From positions 1 through 24,507 of IMG/VR virus record IMGVR_UViG_3300017658_000245: a DNA stretch of 24,507 bases; one strand, written 5' to 3'. Positions 1 through 6,001 of this stretch are shown piece by piece. The position numbers and the translations under genes are program-made. Each line of letters begins with the position of its first letter. Within the stretch, counting starts at the first letter, position 1. A model generated the notes under the pieces. That model ran no database searches, had not been told where the DNA came from, and saw only the letters and a program-made list of their open reading frames with translations. Source of the stretch: a virus (taxonomy: Duplodnaviria; Caudoviricetes).

Positions 1-255
1 CATTTCCTGGTGAATGAAATCGAGGCATTAGGGTCTGATGTGCGGCTCTATGCTTCTCGCGACGGCGGGAGTACCTGGCAACAGGGGAACCTCGAACAGC
101 TTGGCAATCTTGGGACATTAAAACTGTGGCGTGCAGCAGAGATTGACGTGTCCGGACAACCCTCAGGGCAATCGCTTGCTTTGCGGATTGTCACCTCGAA
201 TGGCAAGCAATATAAAATTCACGCTATTGCTGGAAATGGAAGAGTCGCATCATGA
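1..255 (+). CDS. C-terminal part of a probable virion structural protein (5' truncated by the window)
   Basis: Frame 1 is open from base 1. Contains an Asp-box-like SRDGGSTW motif and beta-rich sequence. Stop overlaps the next start (ATGA at 252-255). Confidence 0.55.
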   Translation, partial: HFLVNEIEALGSDVRLYASRDGGSTWQQGNLEQLGNLGTLKLWRAAEIDVSGQPSGQSLALRIVTSNGKQYKIHAIAGNGRVAS

Positions 256-1088
256 GTTGTACTGTCGTTTTTTATCACGACACGCCGGGGGAATCGTTAA
301 CGCTGACGTTACGTAATAACGCTGGTGCGATTGTCAATAGTGGTGGGACATCCTTCACGGAGGGAAGCGGACTACGCTACACAGCTAGTGTGTCACAAGC
401 ATTGGCCGGCTGGTACATCGCCCAGATTTATGATGCGGATGATGATGTCATTTATACCGGCAGCGTGAAAGTTGCAAATGACAGTGGTAGCTATCGGATT
501 GATGATCCACAGGCGGGGATTCCTCCGGCCGCGCCGAGTGCATCAGTGATTGCGACCGCAGTCTGGGAAGCCACTGAGCGGACGTTGACGGAGTTTGATT
601 TCCCGGTTGATGTAGCGATCGATCCCGAATTGTTGCAGGACGCCTTGCAGGACGCCTTCGGGGACGGCGTGGATGTGCGGAGTTTCTCGACTCCTGCGCT
701 GGCTCAACTGGCGGGGAAGACGATCGTGGTCAGCTATACCGCGATCGTGAACAATCAGCTGCAGCCCCCCATTGTGCGGGGCGATACCTATTCCGCCGCG
801 ATCGGCAATCCGATCGATCTCTCCCACAGCGACTGGCCTGATCTGCCGGACGGGACAGCGATCAAACTGAAAGCCTCTCAGAAACGAACGGGGCAGGCAT
901 TCGATGTGGATGGCAGCGTGATTGTCGGAACCGGTGCCAAGGTGATCCGATTTGAAATGACTTCCGCGCAGACCTCTGGATTCATGGCGGGCGTCTACAA
1001 CTTTGAAATCATCGCCACGATCCCCAGTGCCAAGCCGGTCCATCTTGTCGGTCCGGAGACCACGCTCCGCGTGCTGGATGGATTATGA
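252..1088 (+). CDS. Putative virion protein with a C-terminal BppU-like Ig domain
   Basis: 278 aa. N-terminal beta domain, an IATAVWEATERTLT motif typical of phage virion proteins, and a C-terminal IVRGDT...IRFEMTSAQT...GVYNFEI pattern resembling BppU N-terminal Ig-like domains. Confidence 0.55.
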   Translation: MSCTVVFYHDTPGESLTLTLRNNAGAIVNSGGTSFTEGSGLRYTASVSQALAGWYIAQIYDADDDVIYTGSVKVANDSGSYRIDDPQAGIPPAAPSASVIATAVWEATERTLTEFDFPVDVAIDPELLQDALQDAFGDGVDVRSFSTPALAQLAGKTIVVSYTAIVNNQLQPPIVRGDTYSAAIGNPIDLSHSDWPDLPDGTAIKLKASQKRTGQAFDVDGSVIVGTGAKVIRFEMTSAQTSGFMAGVYNFEIIATIPSAKPVHLVGPETTLRVLDGL

Positions 1089-1121
1089 TCGGGGATCGGG
1101 GATCGGGAATCGGGGATCGGG
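1087..1121. repeat. Tandem heptamer (GATCGGG)x5
   Basis: GATCGGG GATCGGG GATCGGG AATCGGG GATCGGG fills the spacer between two convergent genes. Confidence 0.95.
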
Positions 1122-1122
1122 A

Positions 1123-1458
1123 TCAGGCGGGCAGATGATACTGATCGCCGTCCAACAGCTGGGCGGGAGTGGGGATTTCGGAGCTGTCTTGAGTTGCGCC
1201 GGGATTCATCACTGCGAAATGCTGTCGCAGACTTCCAAGAGTGGAATGCACCATGCGAGCAGCATGGCCTTTTGCACGCCAGCCCAAAGCCCAGGCGATA
1301 TTTTCCATCGTCCAGCCGTGACTGTAGAGCGTGACGGCTGCCAGCCGGCGCAGGCGGGCAGGATCGTCTCCGGCCCAGTCCCGATGGAGCTGTAACAAAA
1401 ACTCTTCGGCATCGCCGCGCGGGGCGGCCTGTGTGCCGTCAATGTGCCTCATGGACAT
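1123..1458 (-). CDS. Sigma-70 region 4-like HTH DNA-binding protein (candidate transcriptional regulator)
   Basis: RRLAAVTLYSHGWTMENIAWALGWRAKGHAARMVHSTL fits a sigma4/LuxR-like HTH. Start refined to ATG 1458, with GGTGA upstream. Confidence 0.6.
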   Translation of the reverse strand: MSMRHIDGTQAAPRGDAEEFLLQLHRDWAGDDPARLRRLAAVTLYSHGWTMENIAWALGWRAKGHAARMVHSTLGSLRQHFAVMNPGATQDSSEIPTPAQLLDGDQYHLPA

Positions 1459-1484
1459 GGATTTCACCAGCGAAAGGGTAGCGG

Positions 1485-1513
1485 GCGCACCGCGGGGAGG
1501 GGACAATTGAGGG
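1485..1513 (+). promoter_or_regulatory. Recurring element GCGCACCGC-N15-GAGGG (copy 1)
   Basis: Same two boxes at the same spacing at 19217 and 22573; the core 9-mer also occurs at 11242 and 3575. Confidence 0.5.
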
Positions 1514-1526
1514 GCGTCGATCGACG

Positions 1527-1571
1527 GGGACCGCCCCAGGCCATGGAAGTGCCGGAGCGGTCCCTTTTTTT
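1527..1571 (+). terminator. Intrinsic terminator-like hairpin with an ATGGA apical loop
   Basis: GGGACCGC (1527-1534) pairs with GCGGTCCC (1557-1564), followed by T7 (1565-1571). Confidence 0.7.
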
Positions 1572-1648
1572 ACCCCTGGTCAATCATCCGGTCCAGTGGA
1601 GTTGATCGGCAATTTCTGCCGATACTCCCGGAATTGCAAAGTTTGCAA

Positions 1649-2206
1649 ATGCTGCTCAGAGACGTCGAACACCTGATCCGTCCGGGCGATCTGTTCCTGT
1701 TTCGCGGTCGCGCACTGCATTCACGGCTGATTCAGCGTGTGACCCGATCTGTCTATTCACATGTGGGCATCGCGCATCGACCTTGCACCTCCGGACGCTG
1801 CTGCCTGGACGTCTTGGAAGCGCGGGAAGGGACAGGAGTGGTGACGCATCCACTCCACTCCTACCTGCAGCGGGGTGATGCCGTTGACTGGTTTCAGCTG
1901 CACGAAGACGTTTCGATCAACCGAGACAAGGTTGTCCAGTGGGCGTGGGATCGCCGCGGCAATCGCTATGCCAGCTACCACCAGTTGATTCGATCCTTCA
2001 TCTCTTTGCCGCTGGCCCGGCTGCTGGGCCTCGACACCAAGATCGATGATCGCCGCTGGTTCTGTTCGTTTTTCACCGCCGAGGCCCTTCAGGCGGGCGG
2101 CTGGATTCCACCAGGGGACGATCGTCTCCCAAATCATCTCTGTTCCCCCGGGGGCGTATCCCTCTTCCCCTGTCTGCAGCGGATGGGTCCGCTGCGTCTC
2201 AATTAA
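1649..2206 (+). CDS. Permuted papain-like NlpC/P60 (YiiX/YebB-like) cysteine amidase/peptidase
   Basis: IRPGDLFLFRG...SRLIQRVT...YSHVGIA...LEA...WFCSFF: catalytic His precedes Cys, the permuted arrangement. Start at ATG 1649 (TTG 1634 is an alternative). Confidence 0.85.
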   Translation: MLLRDVEHLIRPGDLFLFRGRALHSRLIQRVTRSVYSHVGIAHRPCTSGRCCLDVLEAREGTGVVTHPLHSYLQRGDAVDWFQLHEDVSINRDKVVQWAWDRRGNRYASYHQLIRSFISLPLARLLGLDTKIDDRRWFCSFFTAEALQAGGWIPPGDDRLPNHLCSPGGVSLFPCLQRMGPLRLN

Positions 2207-2219
2207 AAAGGAAGCCAAG

Positions 2220-3356
2220 ATGTCTTATTCAACTGCCGATCGCTGGCGGCACAACATTCCCGCAACCGACCGGCCCCGTTTGCGGATGCCGCTGTTTGCC
2301 TGCCTGATTTCGGTGCTGATGATCATCATTGGCATGGGGGCAATGGTCTCCCTCGCCAGGGGGGCGGATTGGCATCCGTCTTCAGCGGTGACGCAGACTG
2401 CCGATCGACCGGTCACTCCGGAGCTGGTAATCATCGGACAGAGCGGTTGCATTCCCTGCCAACAGCTGAAAGATGCGGCCATGAATGGCGCGATCAGCGG
2501 TTACCAGATTTCAATTGTGAACAGTCAGGATCCACTGTATGCGGAGTTTCTGAATGCGGTGCCTCCCTTGGATCAGCCGATGGATCCCAATCGTGTGGGA
2601 GCCGTGGGGCGGCGTCCTGTGGCGGGACAACTCTTCCCGATCACATGGATCCGGGGCGCGAACCACTACTGGACCGGATACACGCCAGAAACATTGGCGG
2701 GCCTGCAACAATATCTGGCGAACTACAATCCCCGGCGTCTGTCAACGGCGGTGTCTGGCAGCCGGGCAGCGAATGTTGTCTCCCCACAATCGCCCCCCCA
2801 GCAATCGCAACTGGCGGAGGCATTTGAAGGGGTCTGTCTGGTGGTGACGGTCGCCAATCTCTCTGACCAGATGCCGGACTTCCGCGCGGACGTGGCCCGG
2901 CGGGCGGATCGGGCCTTGAGCGAGCTGGTTCGACAGACAATTGGAGACAAAGCGACGGCCCGCATCATCGCCCAGGTGGCTGATCCAGACCGCTATGACG
3001 CTGTCTGCAAAGCCAGCGGCGTGAAGCCCGGCGCCAACGGGATTCCGGTTGCCTGCCAGCTGCTCATTCCTGAACAATTCAAAGGAATGCAAGGGATTAT
3101 TGCCGCGAAAGCGGAGCAGGCATTAGATCAACACTTTCTGGTTCCGCTGCAGAGCGCCGGAATCAGCGTGATTATTGAGCGGATCCATGGGGAAACCTAT
3201 GGTGCCGTACTGGAAGCGGCCACGGGTGATCCAGTTGGCGATTCAAGCCCCTTGGACCCGGAGCAGGTCGTTCCGTTTGGGGTGGCTGCCTATTTGTCTG
3301 AACGGAGCAATCTCGCCAGGAAGCTGCTGGCCATGCTGGGGCTGTGCCGGGAGTGA
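2220..3356 (+). CDS. Membrane-anchored protein with a thioredoxin/glutaredoxin-like CxxC domain
   Basis: ATG 2220 follows AAGGAAG. Hydrophobic helix LFACLISVLMIIIGMGAMVSLA, then LVIIGQSGCIPCQQLK and a later FP motif at the cis-Pro-like position. Confidence 0.65.
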   Translation: MSYSTADRWRHNIPATDRPRLRMPLFACLISVLMIIIGMGAMVSLARGADWHPSSAVTQTADRPVTPELVIIGQSGCIPCQQLKDAAMNGAISGYQISIVNSQDPLYAEFLNAVPPLDQPMDPNRVGAVGRRPVAGQLFPITWIRGANHYWTGYTPETLAGLQQYLANYNPRRLSTAVSGSRAANVVSPQSPPQQSQLAEAFEGVCLVVTVANLSDQMPDFRADVARRADRALSELVRQTIGDKATARIIAQVADPDRYDAVCKASGVKPGANGIPVACQLLIPEQFKGMQGIIAAKAEQALDQHFLVPLQSAGISVIIERIHGETYGAVLEAATGDPVGDSSPLDPEQVVPFGVAAYLSERSNLARKLLAMLGLCRE

Positions 3357-3373
3357 CCTGACTTCCAATGCCC

Positions 3374-3401
3374 TCACTCTTCATCCTTCATTCTTTTACT
3401 T
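3374..3401. repeat. Degenerate pyrimidine-rich heptamer tandem
   Basis: TCACTCT TCATCCT TCATTCT TTTACTT in the intergenic spacer. Confidence 0.7.
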
Positions 3402-3419
3402 CTTCCCCTGGAGTTCTCC

Positions 3420-3707
3420 ATGTTTGGAATCCCGATATCCGTCATCCTGGGCGTGGTCTCAGGATTTGCCGTCAATGCTCTGGGCGTGCTGACTTCGCCC
3501 GGTGGGTCAATGGTGCTGAAGCTGCTGCCGTCTGCCATTTCTCTGGCTCACACCGTGGCCAGCGGAAAGGATGCGCGCACCGCGGCTGAGAGCTTTTTAG
3601 AGAAGGTTCCCGCCGCCCTGGCCGCGAAGCACAAGCCCGAGGAAGTGAGCGAAGATGTCAAAGCCCCTGCGTCCACAGCTGCGAACAAGTCAGCCAAGAA
3701 ACGTTGA
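3420..3707 (+). CDS. Small membrane protein, holin-like candidate
   Basis: 95 aa, GGAG RBS, hydrophobic N-terminal half, charged and basic C-terminus (NKSAKKR). Confidence 0.5.
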   Translation: MFGIPISVILGVVSGFAVNALGVLTSPGGSMVLKLLPSAISLAHTVASGKDARTAAESFLEKVPAALAAKHKPEEVSEDVKAPASTAANKSAKKR

Positions 3708-4122
3708 CGCCCCCTGTCCAGCACCTGGGATTACGACTCCCGGCGTGCTGACGAAAATCATTGACGGCGACACCGTCGATGTGGAGATCCGCCGTACCGT
3801 CCGTGTGCGAATGCTCGATTGCTGGGCTCCGGAGAGTCGGACGAAAGACCTGACGGAAAAGGCCCTGGGGATTGCCGCGAAAGAGCATCTGGCGGAGATT
3901 TGCCCTGTGGGATCGCCGGTCACGCTGTTCATGCCGACATCGATCGACGGGCATATTGATTCTGTGTTCACCATGGGCCGTGTGCTGGGGTCGATCTGGT
4001 CGGCAGATGATCCCCGAGACCTCGCCCAGCGCCAGCGGGATGCCGGTCATGCCACCCGCACTCAGGAAGAATCCCAGTACAGCGGAGCCGCCAAGCGGAA
4101 ACGCAAGAAGTCTGCCGGCTAA
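3655..4122 (+). CDS. Thermonuclease (staphylococcal nuclease-like) family protein
   Basis: KIIDGDTVDV...VRMLDCWAPE...EKALGIAAKEHL...GRVLG...GHA motifs. Confidence 0.85.
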   Translation: MSKPLRPQLRTSQPRNVDAPCPAPGITTPGVLTKIIDGDTVDVEIRRTVRVRMLDCWAPESRTKDLTEKALGIAAKEHLAEICPVGSPVTLFMPTSIDGHIDSVFTMGRVLGSIWSADDPRDLAQRQRDAGHATRTQEESQYSGAAKRKRKKSAG

Positions 4123-4171
4123 TCACGTCATTTTCCCCTCTCATTTCTCCCCTCTGCACGGAAGCCCCCAA

Positions 4172-4462
4172 ATGTTAACACGCGAAGAATCGGAGACGTT
4201 ACTCCGGAGCCAAGTGGCGCTCCAGAATGCCGTGCTGATTGTGCTGGATGAAGTCAAGTTTCTCCGCCAGCAGGTGGCGGAACTGACCCGTTTCGACTGT
4301 CCCCCCGGAGTGCGGGCGGCAGTGCAGCTGACAGCGGCACTCCCCGATTACATGGCCGGATTGGTCGTTGATCAATTCGAACTGATTCATCAATCCGTTC
4401 TCGATCGGATTAAACACGAGCAAGGAAATGTCCATGTCCCAGCCCCGGCTGTCGAGTCATGA
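4172..4462 (+). CDS. Hypothetical helical protein (96 aa)
   Basis: ATG 4172 lies inside ORF 3872..4462; amphipathic/coiled-coil sequence; stop overlaps the HNH start. Confidence 0.6.
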   Translation: MLTREESETLLRSQVALQNAVLIVLDEVKFLRQQVAELTRFDCPPGVRAAVQLTAALPDYMAGLVVDQFELIHQSVLDRIKHEQGNVHVPAPAVES

Positions 4463-4896
4463 TGCAGGGTCGACAGCTCCGCACGCGAAAGCGTTCGCGG
4501 CGTCCATCCGCCAGCGACCGACAGCGGAGCACGAGTTCCCAGCGTGGCTACGACGCGAGATGGAGGAAGTCCTCCAGTGCGTTCCTACTAGCTCCTGTGA
4601 ATGCACTGTGCAGGGAGTGCCGGAAACGCGGGAAGCTGACGGCAGCCACCTGCGTGGATCACATCATTCCCCATAAGGGAGACCGGCATCTGTTTTGGGA
4701 CAAAACCAATTGGCAGCCGCTTTGCCATCAGTGCCATTCGATCAAAACTGTGAAAGAAGATGGCGGCTTCGGGAGACAGATCAAACATGGCACGCACTCG
4801 CAAACGCAAGATGCTCACACCAGCCCTGCAACAGGAACTGGCGATGCAGATTTTGGAGATCCGGGAAGAGGGCCAGCGTCTGCGGGCAGAGCATGA
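4459..4896 (+). CDS. HNH endonuclease, packaging-associated (HK97 gp74-like)
   Basis: RGYDARW...LCRECRKRG...VDHIIPHKGD...FWDKTNWQPLCHQCHSIKT..EDGGFGR; lies upstream of terS. Confidence 0.95.
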   Translation: MMQGRQLRTRKRSRRPSASDRQRSTSSQRGYDARWRKSSSAFLLAPVNALCRECRKRGKLTAATCVDHIIPHKGDRHLFWDKTNWQPLCHQCHSIKTVKEDGGFGRQIKHGTHSQTQDAHTSPATGTGDADFGDPGRGPASAGRA

Positions 4897-5140
4897 CAAG
4901 CTGCTCTCCCGCCTGCTCCAGAGCGTGAGGCCCGGTGATGTCATTGACCTGCCTGACAGCGCTCATCATCCGCGACGTCGAGTCACAGTTGCGGATCCGT
5001 TCTTGGATCAGTTCGGGGGCATTGTCCCCGTTGTTTTACATCAGCCTGTCCAGCGGTTCCGCCTGGACATCGAAACCATTGAGGAGACGTTATGCCCGAG
5101 TTCACCAGACCCGTCCGCACAGGCCCAGGGCGAGCCGTGA
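4787..5140 (+). CDS. Hypothetical protein (basic N-terminus, coiled coil)
   Basis: ATG 4787 preceded by GGGAG; MARTRKRK...; overlaps only the low-complexity tail of the HNH gene. Confidence 0.55.
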   Translation: MARTRKRKMLTPALQQELAMQILEIREEGQRLRAEHDKLLSRLLQSVRPGDVIDLPDSAHHPRRRVTVADPFLDQFGGIVPVVLHQPVQRFRLDIETIEETLCPSSPDPSAQAQGEP

Positions 5141-5319
5141 CAGTCTCGCTTCAAGTCGATGATTATTGTCTCGCCAAGAACGAGGCAGAGATGTTGGGGG
5201 TGTCTGTGAGTGCATGGATTGCAGGCATGTTGGCACAACCTCTTGACGTTCTGAGAGCGGCTGCCGAGGCGGCATCTCAACCGCAGGAATTTGAGGAAAA
5301 TACCGGTGAGACGGCGTGA
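5092..5319 (+). CDS. Ribbon-helix-helix-like DNA-binding protein
   Basis: GAGGAG RBS; VTVSL..DDY.LAKNEAEMLGVSVSAWIAGML fits the strand-helix-G-x-S-helix RHH pattern. Confidence 0.55.
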   Translation: MPEFTRPVRTGPGRAVTVSLQVDDYCLAKNEAEMLGVSVSAWIAGMLAQPLDVLRAAAEAASQPQEFEENTGETA

Positions 5320-5364
5320 TTTTGCGGGTTTTGGCACGGTCGCTGATCGACCGCATCGAAATGC

Positions 5365-5510
5365 AGCAGAGGGGGGGGGCGGGAGGTTGCCCGGCCCCCA
5401 AAGAAACCGCACTGTCTTCAGCTCGCGTGTAATTTGGCAGAAAATGGTGGGGGGGGCTTGGAGGCGGGGGGCTTTTGTTTTTCGCGATTCATTTCGCGCG
5501 TGAAAATAAA
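5365..5510. other. Candidate cos / packaging-initiation region
   Basis: Non-coding gap between the HNH block and terS with G9 (5371-5379), G8 (5449-5456), G6 (5466-5471) and repeated TTTCGCG. This is the position of cos in HK97-like phages. Confidence 0.5.
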
Positions 5511-5521
5511 GGGTGAACCAA

Positions 5522-6001
5522 TTGGCTGGAGTGAAGGGCCGGAGTGGGCGGAGAAAAAAACCCGCTGCCGAGAAAAAGAGGCAGGGGACGTTTCGCCCGG
5601 ATCGGGATTGTGACGCCGTCGATTTCCCCGCCGACTCCGGCCCGCCGATTCCCAAAGGCTTGCATCCCAAAGCCGTCAAAGAATGGGAGCGGCTCGCGCC
5701 GATCTGCATCAAGTTAGGTCTGCTGACAGATGGCGACTGGATGGCGTGGGAGGTTGGTTTCTGTGCGTATTCCACGTGGTGGGAAGCGCGTGAACAGATT
5801 AACCATCCCAGCAAATGGACCTTCATGACCGACAAAGGTTACGAGGGGATGGTCCCGCAGATCACCATCGCCAAACAGGCGGCTGCCGGAGTCATGCAGT
5901 TCTGCCGTGAGTTCGGACTGACCCCCTCCGCGCGCGGATCACTCAAGATCAACCCGCCCGAACAGCAGTCCGCCGACCCGATGGAGGCAATGCTCAATTG
6001 A
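5522..6001 (+). CDS. terS: Terminase small subunit (P27 family)
   Basis: (M)AGVKGRSGRRKKP...KKRQGT.RPDR...P.P..L...A..EW.RL...EFGLTPSAR. TTG 5522 is the likely start (GTG 5513 alternative). Confidence 0.92.
   Translation: MAGVKGRSGRRKKPAAEKKRQGTFRPDRDCDAVDFPADSGPPIPKGLHPKAVKEWERLAPICIKLGLLTDGDWMAWEVGFCAYSTWWEAREQINHPSKWTFMTDKGYEGMVPQITIAKQAAAGVMQFCREFGLTPSARGSLKINPPEQQSADPMEAMLN

Noticed and set aside
633-658. Tandem 12-mer TTGCAGGACGCC x2 (LQDA LQDA)
   Set aside because: A simple in-frame duplication in a linker; no sign of function.
1087-1121. Repeat array as CRISPR
   Set aside because: 7-nt tandem units without spacers; no cas genes in the window.
1465-1500. Resemblance to a c-di-GMP-I riboswitch (CGAAAG...GGCGCA)
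   Set aside because: No GCAAAC/GCAAAGC boxes and no pairing stem around the GAAA.
2046-2219. Long N-terminal extension of ORF 2046..3356
   Set aside because: Overlaps the peptidase gene; ATG 2220 has an RBS. Over-long starts were similarly trimmed for ORFs 3872, 11301, 14204, 16001, 20650 and 24374.
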